From an uncultured Collinsella sp. (GTDB lineage: Bacteria; Actinomycetota; Coriobacteriia; Coriobacteriales; Coriobacteriaceae), in assembly GCA_958433005.1 (NCBI GenBank), contig CAUAWV010000007.1:6071-70070 (forward strand): DNA of 64,000 nucleotides, read 5' to 3'. Of the stretch, positions 45,536 to 54,654 are shown piece after piece. A program made the position numbers and the translations under genes. Position 1 is the first letter of the stretch; each line of letters starts with the position of its first letter. A model generated the notes under the pieces. That model was not told where the DNA came from. It made no database searches and worked only from the letters and a program-made list of their open reading frames with translations.

Positions 45536-47499
45536 GTGAGGTTCAGGCGCTGGTGGAGTGTCCCGTTATCGTTGGCACGGCGGGCCACGTCGACCACGGT
45601 AAGTCGGCGCTGATCGAGGCGCTGACCGGCAAGAATCCCGACCGTCTGGAGGTTGAACGCCGTCGCGGTATGACCGTGGAGCTTGGCTTTGGCGAGCTGG
45701 CGCTCCCGAGTGGCAAGATCGTCGGCCTGGTCGACGTGCCGGGCCACGCGCATTACCTGCGCGCTATGGTGCAGGGCGCCACGGGTATCGACGTGGCCGT
45801 GCTGGTGGTTTCGGCCGTCGAGGGCGTGATGCCGCAGACCCGCGAGCACGTGCGTGTGCTGGAGCTGCTGGGCGTTACGCATATGGTGGTCGCGCTGACG
45901 ATGTGCGACCTGGCCGATAACGAAATGATTGAGCTGGCCGAGCTCGACGTGGACGATTTTCTTTCGGATACCGTGTTTGCCGACGCGTCGATCGTGCCCG
46001 TGTCGTCCAAGACCGGCGCGGGGATCGATGACCTGCTTGCTGCACTCGACGAGCAGGTTGCCGCTTGCTGGGATGCCTGCCGTGCCCGTGCCGAGACCAC
46101 CGATGCCGCGCCGCGGCTGCCCATCGACCGCTGCTTTACGATCAAGGGCGCCGGTGCCGTGGTGACGGGAACGCTGCACGATGCGCCGGTTGCGGTGGGC
46201 GACGAGCTGATGGCGTTACCGTCGCGTACGGTCTGTCGTGTACGCGGGATTCAGGTGCATGGCGATACGCCGCGGGCGTTGCCCGGCCAGCGTGTGGCGC
46301 TCAACTTGGTGGGCGATGCTGTCGCCGCGCTCGATCGCGGTGAGATGCTCGGCGTGCCGGGCCGCTTTGGCCAGTCGATGCGCTTTATGATGACGTTTAC
46401 GTATTTGGGCCGCGAGGGCGCCAAGCCGCGCGTGCTCGAGTCGGGCGCGCGTGTGCACGTGATGGCGGGTACGGCCGAGGTTGTCGGCCGCATCATGCTT
46501 TTGGAGGGCGAGGCCCCCATGGCGGTGGGAGAGACGCGAGTGGTGCAGGTACGCTTGGAGGAACCGCTTCCGCTGCGCGCCGGCGACCATGCCGTGGTGC
46601 TGTCCTATTCGCCGGTCATGCTTATTGGTGGAGGGCGCGTGCTGTTGTCGCGATGCCGCCGTTCGCGCGAACTTACTGAGGGGGAACGCGTGCTGTACGC
46701 GGCGCTCGAGTCCGGCGATATCGCGGGCGGTGTGGGCGCTTGGCTGGCGTTGCGGACGCTGCCGGTTAAGGCGATTGATGTTGCCGAGGCTTTGGATCTT
46801 GGTGTCGGCGAGGTCGATGCCGCACTGCGCGGGTTGGTGGCGCAGGGCTCCGTTCGCAAGCTTGCCGTGGGTGATGCGGGCCTCTTGGCGGACGCCGTGG
46901 TGCTCGACGCCGCGATGGATGCACTGGCGGCGACCCTGTCAGCCATGCACGCGGCGGCTCCCAAGGAGACAGGCTTTACGCCCGGCGCCGTTGCCCATGC
47001 TGCGTGGCCTGCCGCTGATGAAGGCGTTGCCGCGGCCCTGATTTACGAGGGCTGCTCGCGCGGCGTGTGTGCCTCCGAGGGCGCCGAGGTGTTCGACCCG
47101 CACTCCGCTGCCGCTGCGGCGCGTGTGGTACGCGAGGCCTGCGAACGTATCGTTGCCTTGCTGGACGAAGCCGGCCTCGATGCACCGACGTTGCCCGATA
47201 TGGGCGAGCGGTTGCAGCTCGATCGCGACACCATGACGCGTGCCCTGCGCGAGCTTTCGCTCAACCGCTCGATCGTTAAGGTCGAGCGCGACGTTGCCCT
47301 GTCCGCTGCCGCCGAGGCCCATGCGCGCGAGCTCGTCGCCGCCGCCATTGAGGCAGCCGGCGGCGCTGCCACCACGAGCGTGCTGCGCGAGGCCCTGGGC
47401 GTGTCGCGCAAACGGGCCATCAGCATCTTGGAACACCTGGATGCCGTGCGCTTTACAGTGCTCGACAAGGAGGCCGGCGGCCTGCGCTCCCTGCGCTAG
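45532..47499 (+). CDS. selB: Selenocysteine-specific translation elongation factor SelB.
   Basis: GTPase motifs 'GTAGHVDHGKSAL', 'DVPGH'. Long C-terminal winged-helix extension (655 aa total). 4-nt overlap with selA. Confidence 0.85.
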   Translation: MSEVQALVECPVIVGTAGHVDHGKSALIEALTGKNPDRLEVERRRGMTVELGFGELALPSGKIVGLVDVPGHAHYLRAMVQGATGIDVAVLVVSAVEGVMPQTREHVRVLELLGVTHMVVALTMCDLADNEMIELAELDVDDFLSDTVFADASIVPVSSKTGAGIDDLLAALDEQVAACWDACRARAETTDAAPRLPIDRCFTIKGAGAVVTGTLHDAPVAVGDELMALPSRTVCRVRGIQVHGDTPRALPGQRVALNLVGDAVAALDRGEMLGVPGRFGQSMRFMMTFTYLGREGAKPRVLESGARVHVMAGTAEVVGRIMLLEGEAPMAVGETRVVQVRLEEPLPLRAGDHAVVLSYSPVMLIGGGRVLLSRCRRSRELTEGERVLYAALESGDIAGGVGAWLALRTLPVKAIDVAEALDLGVGEVDAALRGLVAQGSVRKLAVGDAGLLADAVVLDAAMDALAATLSAMHAAAPKETGFTPGAVAHAAWPAADEGVAAALIYEGCSRGVCASEGAEVFDPHSAAAAARVVREACERIVALLDEAGLDAPTLPDMGERLQLDRDTMTRALRELSLNRSIVKVERDVALSAAAEAHARELVAAAIEAAGGAATTSVLREALGVSRKRAISILEHLDAVRFTVLDKEAGGLRSLR

Positions 47500-47535
47500 A
47501 TTGACTGCTCGGTTTGGTAAAATACCGCCGCACTT

Positions 47536-47632
47536 GGGAACGGATGGGCTCCGGTGGGCTCTGCGGTCCTCAAAACCGTTACGAGGCGTGCAAAACGTCT
47601 TGGATGTGTTCGATTCACATACGTTCCCGCCA
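47536..47632 (+). tRNA. selC: tRNA-Sec (selC) candidate, anticodon TCA, about 94 nt + CCA.
   Basis: Manual fold: acceptor GGGAACG(G)/(A)CGTTCCC; 6-bp D-stem GGGCTC/GGGCTC (two G.U pairs) with a 4-nt loop CGGT as in E. coli selC 'CUCCGGUG'; anticodon stem GCGGT/ACCGT; loop CCTCAAA, so TCA; long variable arm of about 24 nt; T-arm ATGTG-TTCGATT-CACAT; discriminator G; CCA. It lies 37 nt after selB and is masked by a spurious ORF (47514..) in the track. Caveat: position 33 is C, not the usual U. Confidence 0.7.
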
Positions 47633-47786
47633 TACGCTACCAGCGCTTTTGTGCTCGCGGTCTTGCTGCGTGCCGCAAAGGCGCTGTTTTGTTTTTGCAC
47701 GAGCTTTTCGTAGCGCCGCTATTTCGACGGCTGTATTTAGCTTCGTGCACTGGGTTTCGAGCATGCCGATGGGGGTGGTTTGCCGT

Positions 47787-48419
47787 ATGACTACCGTAAG
47801 ACGGGCCGATCTTTCTTGCGTCGTTCAAGCGGGCGGGCTGTCCTCGCGCATGGGCTGCGATAAGGCACGGATGTTGTTTTGCGGCGAGCCTTTGATCGAG
47901 CGCGTGCTGGGCCGCCTGGCTCAGGTTGCCGGCGAGCTGGTCGTGACGACGTCGCGTCCCAGCGAGCTTGCCTATCTTGAGGAGCGCGCGTTTGGCGGCT
48001 TGGTGCCGCATGTGGTGGCGGACCTTGAAGGGCCGGCGGGTGCCATGCGCGGCATCGCGAGCTCATTGGCCGCCGCCCGATTGCCGCTCGTGGCGATCGT
48101 CGCCTGCGATATGCCGTTTGTCTCGCCGGAACTCATCGGCACGCTTGCCGATCGTGTTGAGGCCGAGACACTCGACGTGTGCGTGCCGCGCGAGGAGCGG
48201 GGGATTGAGCCGCTTTGCGCCGTCTGGCGCCGTGACGCGTGTGCGCCGGTTGCCCAAGAGCTGCTCGCCTGCGACCGCCAGCGCATTCGCTGCCTGATCA
48301 ATCGCGTTCAGGCTGGTTATATGGATGAGCCGCAGATCGTTAAGGCCACGGGCTCGACGCTCTGCTTCGAGAACGTCAATACGCCCGAGGAGTTTGCGGC
48401 GGCCGAGTTACTCGCCTAG
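47787..48419 (+). CDS. mobA: Molybdenum cofactor guanylyltransferase MobA.
   Basis: 'VVQAGGLSSRMGCDKARM', 'IVACDMPFV'. An alternative ATG lies at 47763. The ORF-track 5' extension overlaps selC and is rejected. Confidence 0.75.
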   Translation: MTTVRRADLSCVVQAGGLSSRMGCDKARMLFCGEPLIERVLGRLAQVAGELVVTTSRPSELAYLEERAFGGLVPHVVADLEGPAGAMRGIASSLAAARLPLVAIVACDMPFVSPELIGTLADRVEAETLDVCVPREERGIEPLCAVWRRDACAPVAQELLACDRQRIRCLINRVQAGYMDEPQIVKATGSTLCFENVNTPEEFAAAELLA

Positions 48420-48434
48420 ACGATTGGAGTTGCC

Positions 48435-48830
48435 ATGTCTCACGATATTTGCCCTGACACGGGAGAGCCTTGCACTTGCGATGGTTCCGAGCCTTGTACC
48501 TGCGGCTGTGGTGGCTGTGGGCATACGGCCGAGGAAGAGGCCGCGGCAGCTGCGTATCGCGATTCGCATCGGGCGACTTCGCTAAGCGATGCCCTCGACC
48601 ACGAACGCAAGATCATCGTATCGTTCGACAGCACCTTCGATGTGATGGAATGCGAGCAGCTGTGCCTGGATGCCGGCGTGCCCGGGCGCATTATGCCTTT
48701 GCCCGGCTCCATTACCGCAGGCTGCGGTCTGTGCTGGGCCATGCCGTTCTCGGGCGATGCGCTCGCCGCCTTTCGCGCTGCCACCGAAGGCCGCATAACC
48801 CCCGCCGACTACCATCAGCTCGTCCTCTAA
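48435..48830 (+). CDS. DUF3343-domain protein with a Cys-rich N-terminal extension (putative metal/selenium-binding relay protein).
   Basis: N-terminal 'CPDTGEPCTCDGSEPCTCGCGGCGH' (9 Cys in 30 aa). The C-terminal 'IIVSFDSTFDVMECEQLCLDAGVPGRIMPLPGSITAGCGLCW' matches the DUF3343 pattern, like the gene at 8964. Confidence 0.55.
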   Translation: MSHDICPDTGEPCTCDGSEPCTCGCGGCGHTAEEEAAAAAYRDSHRATSLSDALDHERKIIVSFDSTFDVMECEQLCLDAGVPGRIMPLPGSITAGCGLCWAMPFSGDALAAFRAATEGRITPADYHQLVL

Positions 48831-49085
48831 CTACCACACCACCACAAAGGTGCTGTCCCCAATGTGGTGGTTTGGAACACGTGGACGAAACAGGTTTGAA
48901 ACACGGGTTTTGCACGTCAGGCACTCAAAAACGCCTCTACCTGCATCGTAATCAAAACGAAACATCTGCTCGTCTGCTTATGCGAAACTTTCCCGCAACA
49001 GTGCGATATTATCCATACACGATAAAGTTCGCGGCGCACAGGGTGCCGCGACCGACACTTTTCGTTTCCTATCATTGGAGGAAGC

Positions 49086-50441
49086 ATGAGCTACACGCAG
49101 AAAGTTCTCGACGAGCTCAAGGCCCGCTATCCCGAGCAGCCTGAGTTCATCCAGGCCGCGACCGAGATCCTCGGCACCATCCAGCCGGCGCTCGACGCCC
49201 ATCCCGAGTACGAGGAGGCCGCCCTGCTTGAGCGCCTCGTCGAGCCCGAGCGCATCGTTATGTTCCGTGTCCCCTGGGTCGATGACCAGGGCAAGGTTCA
49301 GGTCAACCGCGGCTATCGTGTCGAGTTCAACTCTGCCATTGGACCCTACAAGGGCGGCCTGCGCTTTAACCCGACGGTCACCCTGGGCATGCTCAAGTTC
49401 CTGGGCCTGGAGCAGATCCTCAAGAACAGCCTGACCACCCTTCCCATGGGCGGCGGCAAGGGCGGCTCCGACTTTGACCCCAAGGGCAAGTCCAACAACG
49501 AGATCATGCACTTCTGCCAGTCCTTCATGACCGAGCTCTATCGCCACATCGGCCCCAACACCGACGTTCCCGCCGGCGACCTGGGCGTTGGCGGCCGTGA
49601 GGTTGCCTACATGTTCGGTCAGTACAAGCGCCTGACCAACGAGTGGACCGGCGTCCTCACCGGCAAGGGCCTCTCCTTTGGCGGCTCGCTCGCCCGTACC
49701 GAGGCCACCGGCTACGGCCTGGTCTACTTTGTGGACGAGTACCTCAAGAGCCGCGGCGACTCCTTCGAGGGCAAGAACGTCGTCGTTCACGGTTCCGGCA
49801 ACGTCGCTATCTACGCGGTCCAGAAGGTCGCCCAGCTCGGCGGCAAGGTGCTTGCCTGCTCCGATACCCACGGCTGGGTCGAGGATCCCGACGGCATCGA
49901 CTACTCCGTGCTCGAGCACGTCTACAACCAGAAGCGCTCCGGCCACGACAAGGGCGTCACGCTCGCCATGTACGTTGACGAGAAGCCCAACGCCGTGTGG
50001 CACGAGGGCGACGGCCGCGGCGTGTGGGAGCTGCCCTGCGACATCGCGCTGCCCTGCGCTCGCGAGAACACGCTGCTGCTCGAGGACGCCCAGGCGCTCG
50101 TCGCCAACGGCTGCAAGGTGGTCGGCGAGGGCGCGAACATGCCTACGACCATCGAGGCCACGACCTACTTCCAGGAGAACGGCGTCGCCTTTATGCCCGG
50201 CAAGGCTGCCAACGCCGGTGGCGTGCTCGTGTCCGGCCTGGAGATGAGCCAGAACGCCGAGCACCTGTCCTGGACCTTCGAGGAGGTCGACGGCAAGCTC
50301 GAGCAGCTCATGCGCGGCATGTTCCACAACGTGGACGACACCGCCAAGGAGTACGGCGAGGAGGGCAACTTCGTCATGGGCGCAAACATCGCCGGCTTCC
50401 TGAAGGTCGCCGATGCCATGCTCGCCCAGGGTGTCTGCTAA
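49086..50441 (+). CDS. gdhA: NADP-specific glutamate dehydrogenase.
   Basis: 'GPYKGGLRFNPTV', 'LPMGGGKGGSDFDPKGKS'. 451 aa. Confidence 0.9.
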   Translation: MSYTQKVLDELKARYPEQPEFIQAATEILGTIQPALDAHPEYEEAALLERLVEPERIVMFRVPWVDDQGKVQVNRGYRVEFNSAIGPYKGGLRFNPTVTLGMLKFLGLEQILKNSLTTLPMGGGKGGSDFDPKGKSNNEIMHFCQSFMTELYRHIGPNTDVPAGDLGVGGREVAYMFGQYKRLTNEWTGVLTGKGLSFGGSLARTEATGYGLVYFVDEYLKSRGDSFEGKNVVVHGSGNVAIYAVQKVAQLGGKVLACSDTHGWVEDPDGIDYSVLEHVYNQKRSGHDKGVTLAMYVDEKPNAVWHEGDGRGVWELPCDIALPCARENTLLLEDAQALVANGCKVVGEGANMPTTIEATTYFQENGVAFMPGKAANAGGVLVSGLEMSQNAEHLSWTFEEVDGKLEQLMRGMFHNVDDTAKEYGEEGNFVMGANIAGFLKVADAMLAQGVC

Positions 50442-50593
50442 ATCTTGCCTGACATAGCATGTAATGAGGCTCTCGGCTCAACGCCGGGAGCCTTTTTTGA
50501 TCCGCATGCGACGGAGGAAAATGGTTCATTTTGTCCCGACACGAGCTATGCCCCCTCGTTTGGTACACTTAGAGGTACTGGACAAGTAAAGAG

Positions 50594-51508
50594 ATGGGGG
50601 AGAACGTGCTCAAGTTCGGCACCTACGTCCGTGTTGGAAACGCGGCCGAAGCCTATGAGCTCTTGCAGAAAAACCGCAACAACAAGATTGTGGGCGGCGG
50701 CATCTGGATGCGCCTTGGTTCACGTCGCGTGGCGACGGCGATTGACCTTTCGGCCTGCGGACTCGATCAGATTGAGGAGACCGAGACCGAGTTTCGCATC
50801 GGTGCCATGTGCACCCTGCGTCAGCTCGAGCGTCATGCCGGGCTCAACGTGCTTGTCAACAATGTTTTTGAGTTCGCCGTCCACGACATCGTGGGCGTGC
50901 AGCTGCGCAATACCGCCACGGTGGGCGGTAGCATCTACGGCCGCTTTGGCTTCTCGGACGTGCTTTCGGCCTTTTTGGCGCTCGACTCGTACGTTGAGCT
51001 GACGGGTGCCGGCCGCGTGCCGCTCGCCGAGTTTGTGAACATGGGCTACGTGCGCGACGTGATCGAGCATGTTGTGGTCGTTAAGCATGACTACCGCGCA
51101 AGCTACGAGGCCGTACGCAAGGCCGCGACCGACTTCCCATCCCTAAATGTCACCGCCGCCTGGTGGGATAACAGCTGGCATGTCACCGTGGGTGCCCGCC
51201 CGCTGCGCGCGACCCTGCTGCGGGGCGAGGCATGCGGCCTGGTGAACGAGCAGCCTTCCGAGGACGAGCTGTGCGCCCTTGCCGCGTCCGTGCGTGCCCT
51301 GAGCTACGGCACCAACATGTGGGGCTCGGCCGACTACCGCCGCCGCATCTCGGCCCCGCTCGCCGTCCAGGCCGTGCGCCGCGCCGCCGGCATCGAGCTT
51401 TCGGCCGCGCTTGCCCGCGAGCTCGAGACCGTTCAGGTCCCCAAATATGCCACGGACGAGTATTCCTGCCGCCGCGTGCCCGGCGTCGATTCTAGCGAGG
51501 TGCGCTAA
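50594..51508 (+). CDS. FAD-binding subunit of a xanthine-dehydrogenase-family molybdenum hydroxylase (CoxM/XdhB-like).
   Basis: 'KIVGGGIWMRLG' (the FAD-binding 'AGGT/H.L' region) and 'NTATVGGSIYG'. Immediately precedes, and is translationally coupled to, the Mo subunit. Confidence 0.7.
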   Translation: MGENVLKFGTYVRVGNAAEAYELLQKNRNNKIVGGGIWMRLGSRRVATAIDLSACGLDQIEETETEFRIGAMCTLRQLERHAGLNVLVNNVFEFAVHDIVGVQLRNTATVGGSIYGRFGFSDVLSAFLALDSYVELTGAGRVPLAEFVNMGYVRDVIEHVVVVKHDYRASYEAVRKAATDFPSLNVTAAWWDNSWHVTVGARPLRATLLRGEACGLVNEQPSEDELCALAASVRALSYGTNMWGSADYRRRISAPLAVQAVRRAAGIELSAALARELETVQVPKYATDEYSCRRVPGVDSSEVR

Positions 51509-54339
51509 TGGCTGCCAAACTCATCGATCTTTCCTTTACGCTCAACGGCCGCAAGGTCAAGGTTCAGATTGCCCCCGATACCATGCTCTTTTCGCTTTTG
51601 CGTGAGCAGGGTTGCGCGTCGGTGCGCTGCGCCTGCGAGACCACCAACTGCGGCCTGTGCACGGTGTGGCTCGACGGCGACCCGGTGCTGAGCTGCTCGG
51701 TTCCCGCCGCGCGCGTCGAGGGCCATACCATCACCACGCTCGAGGGTCTCAAGGCTGAGTCCGAGGCGCTTGCCCGCGCGATGGCTGCCGAAGGCGCCGA
51801 GCAGTGCGGTTTTTGCGCCCCCGGCCTTATCATGAACGTGCTGGCGCTTGCCCGCGCCGCCAAGGAGGACCCGAGCCTCGTCGCCACGCGCGAGGAGCTG
51901 TCGCGCCAGCTCGCCGGCAACCTCTGCCGTTGCAGCGGCTACGAGAGCCAGCTGCGCGCCATTGTCCGCTTCCTCAACGAGTCCGGCGTGCAGGTGGGCT
52001 TTGAGATGCCCGAACTGCCGGTCAACGACACCAGCTGCGACGGTGTCTCGTACAAGCAGATCACCCATAAGCAGCCCAAGAAGGACTCGAAGGCGCTGCT
52101 CGAGGGCCGTCCCGTCTACACGGGCGATATGGTGCCCGCCGGCGCCCTGATCGTCAAACTCAAGCGCAGCCCCTATGCCCGCGCCAAGATCCGCTCCATC
52201 GATACGTCGCGCGCCCTGAAGGTGCCCGGCGTCGTGGGCGTCTACACCTACGAGGACGTGCCCAAGCGCCGCTTTACTATCGCCGGTCAGAGCTATCCGC
52301 AGCCGAGTCCCTACGACCGCCTGATTCTCGAGAACCTTGTTCGCTACCAAAACGAGGAGGTTGCGATCGTTGCCGCCGAAACCGAGGAGGCCGCCGACAA
52401 GGCGCTCAAGCTCATCAAGGTCGACTATGAGGTGCTCGAGCCCCTGCTCGACTTTACCCAGGCACTCGATAACGATATCGTGGTCCACCCCGAGGGCGAC
52501 GTGACCTTTATGTTCCCGCAGGGCGGCGACGTTCCGCGCAACCTGGTGTGCAGCGGCACGAGCGACTTTGGCGACCTTGACGAGGCCTTCGCCCAGAGCG
52601 ACATCGTCTTTGGGCGCACTTACACCAGCCAGGCCACGCAGACCGCGCCCATGGAGACCTTCCGTGCCTTCGCGACGACTGACGCATTCGGACGCATCTC
52701 GGTGACCACCTCTACGCAGGTGCCCTTCCACGTGCGCCGCATGGTCGCGCAGTCGCTCGACATTCCGCAGTCGCAGGTGCAGGTCATTAAGCCGCGCATC
52801 GGCGGCGGCTTTGGCTCCAAGCAGACGGGCTGCTGCGAGATCTTCGTGGCGTTCGTCACCCAGCAGACTGGCCGTCCGAGCTACTGCTGCTACACCCGCG
52901 AGGAGACCATCACTGCGGGCAACTCGCGCCACCAGATGCAGATGACCGTTAAGCTGGGCGCCATGAACGACGGCACCATCACGGCCATCGACCTGCACAC
53001 GCTGTCCAACGCCGGAGCGTACGGCGAGCACGCCACCACGACGATCGGCCTTTCGGGCCACAAGAGCCTGCCGATTTACAACCATGTAAAGGCGAGCCGC
53101 TTTAGCTGGGACGCTGTCTACACCAATACCAACCGCGGCGGCGCGTATCGCGGCTACGGTGCCACCCAGGGCCAGTTTGCCGTGGAGAGTGCCGTCAACG
53201 AGCTCGCTGACATGCTGCACATGGACCCCGCCGACCTGCGCCTTAAGAACATCGTGCGCGAGGGCGAGATCATGCCGCAGTACTACAACGAAAAGCTCAA
53301 CGCCTGCGCACTCGACCGCTGCCTGCTGCGCGCGATGGACATGATCGGTTGGCGTGACAAGCCGCTGGCCGTCGACCTGGGCGACCGCGTGCGTGCTCTG
53401 GGCTGTGCGCTCACCATGCAGGGCTCGGGCATTTCCAACGTGGATATCGCCGGCATCGACATGCGCCTGGAAGAGGACGGCTTCATTTCCATCGGCACCG
53501 GCGCCACCGATAACGGCATGGGCGTCGACACGATCCTGGCGCAGATTGCCGCCGAGGAGCTGGGCGTGGAGAGCTCGCTCATTGTGGTGCGCGGCGTGGA
53601 CACCGACGTGTCGCCGTTCGATGCCGGCTCGTACGCGAGCTCCGGTACCTACGTGACGGGCCTGGCAGCCAAGAACGCCGCGACCGAGCTGCGCGAGAAG
53701 ATCTGCGCTAAGGCCGCCCAGATGTGGGACGTGGACGCCGCCGACGTGGTCTTTGATGGCCAGTACGTGCGCCTGTCCGACGAGCGTGCCGCGCGCGAGC
53801 AGAACCGCTACCTCACGCTGCGTGACTTTGCCAACCTGTGCGTCAAGAACATCGCGGGCGGCGACGCGCTCACCTCGCACGCCTCTGCCTGCCTGCCCGT
53901 TTCGCCCCCGCCGTTTATGGCCGGCATTGCCGAGGTCGAGGTCGACAAGGCCACCGGCAAGGTGACTGTGGTGGACTACGCGGCGGCCGTCGACTGCGGC
54001 ACCGTGATCAACGAGGCGCTCGCGCGCGTCCAGGCCGAGGGCGGCATTGCCCAGGGCATCGGCCACGCGCTCTACGAGATTGTCGAGCACGACGACCGCG
54101 GCCGTCTGCGCACCGGCAACTTTATGAGCTATAAGCTGCCCACGCGCTTGGATATCGGCAGCATTCGCGTGGCCTTTGAGCCGAGCTACGAGCCGACGGG
54201 CCCGTTTGGCGCCAAGTCGATCGGCGAGGTCGTCATCAACACGCCGCTCGCCGCCGTGGCCTCGGCCGTGGCACACGCCACCGGCCACCAGGTTCGCTCG
54301 CTGCCGATCACACCCGAGAAGGCCCTGCTGGGGGAGTAG
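51508..54339 (+). CDS. Xanthine-dehydrogenase-family molybdenum hydroxylase, fused [2Fe-2S] + molybdopterin-binding subunit.
   Basis: N-terminal plant-type and second 2Fe-2S motifs 'CACETTNCGLCTV...C', 'CGFCAPG...CRCSGY'. MoCo-domain motifs 'GGGFGSK', 'AIDCGTVINEALARVQAEGG' (active-site Glu region). 943 aa. Confidence 0.8.
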   Translation: MAAKLIDLSFTLNGRKVKVQIAPDTMLFSLLREQGCASVRCACETTNCGLCTVWLDGDPVLSCSVPAARVEGHTITTLEGLKAESEALARAMAAEGAEQCGFCAPGLIMNVLALARAAKEDPSLVATREELSRQLAGNLCRCSGYESQLRAIVRFLNESGVQVGFEMPELPVNDTSCDGVSYKQITHKQPKKDSKALLEGRPVYTGDMVPAGALIVKLKRSPYARAKIRSIDTSRALKVPGVVGVYTYEDVPKRRFTIAGQSYPQPSPYDRLILENLVRYQNEEVAIVAAETEEAADKALKLIKVDYEVLEPLLDFTQALDNDIVVHPEGDVTFMFPQGGDVPRNLVCSGTSDFGDLDEAFAQSDIVFGRTYTSQATQTAPMETFRAFATTDAFGRISVTTSTQVPFHVRRMVAQSLDIPQSQVQVIKPRIGGGFGSKQTGCCEIFVAFVTQQTGRPSYCCYTREETITAGNSRHQMQMTVKLGAMNDGTITAIDLHTLSNAGAYGEHATTTIGLSGHKSLPIYNHVKASRFSWDAVYTNTNRGGAYRGYGATQGQFAVESAVNELADMLHMDPADLRLKNIVREGEIMPQYYNEKLNACALDRCLLRAMDMIGWRDKPLAVDLGDRVRALGCALTMQGSGISNVDIAGIDMRLEEDGFISIGTGATDNGMGVDTILAQIAAEELGVESSLIVVRGVDTDVSPFDAGSYASSGTYVTGLAAKNAATELREKICAKAAQMWDVDAADVVFDGQYVRLSDERAAREQNRYLTLRDFANLCVKNIAGGDALTSHASACLPVSPPPFMAGIAEVEVDKATGKVTVVDYAAAVDCGTVINEALARVQAEGGIAQGIGHALYEIVEHDDRGRLRTGNFMSYKLPTRLDIGSIRVAFEPSYEPTGPFGAKSIGEVVINTPLAAVASAVAHATGHQVRSLPITPEKALLGE

Positions 54340-54479
54340 CGGGTCAGCGAACAAGTCGTAATGGGCGGGGCGGGGCAACTCGTCCCGCCTTTTGCACTCG
54401 TGGTGAGGTCGTGAGCCTGTAAAAGGTGTGCGTGCGCTTGCCGTTCGTATCTGCTATCATTCCTAGTCTGTGCGCTCAT

Positions 54480-54563
54480 GCGGGCGTGGCGGAATTGGTA
54501 GACGCGCCAGATTTAGGTTCTGGTGGGATTCCCGTGAAGGTTCGAGTCCTTTCGCCCGCACCA
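54480..54563 (+). tRNA. tRNA-Leu (anticodon TAG), long variable arm, CCA encoded.
   Basis: Acceptor GCGGGCG/CGCCCGC; anticodon stem CCAGA/TCTGG with loop TTTAGGT; T-loop TTCGAGT; 84 nt. Confidence 0.8.
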
Positions 54564-54654
54564 TCGCACCTGCGTCGGCTTCGGCCGTCGCGACTCTTTG
54601 TTGCATAAAGGTACCAGCACCTCAGATAAGCTGGGCAGTATGAGGAGGAACGTG

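Noticed and set aside
47514-47786. 5' extension of the mobA ORF (TTG 47514 start)
   Set aside because: The extension has no MobA homology and covers the tRNA-Sec candidate. MobA-like sequence only begins at about 47787 (MTTVRRADLSCVVQAGG).
51505-54378. 957-aa ORF on the - strand
   Set aside because: Antisense to the XDH-family Mo subunit, which carries clear 2Fe-2S and MoCo motifs. The same reasoning rejects 48978..50327 (versus gdhA), 54622..55980 (versus tig), 56703..58154 (versus clpX), 58267..60429 (versus valS) and 61294..62448 (versus folC).
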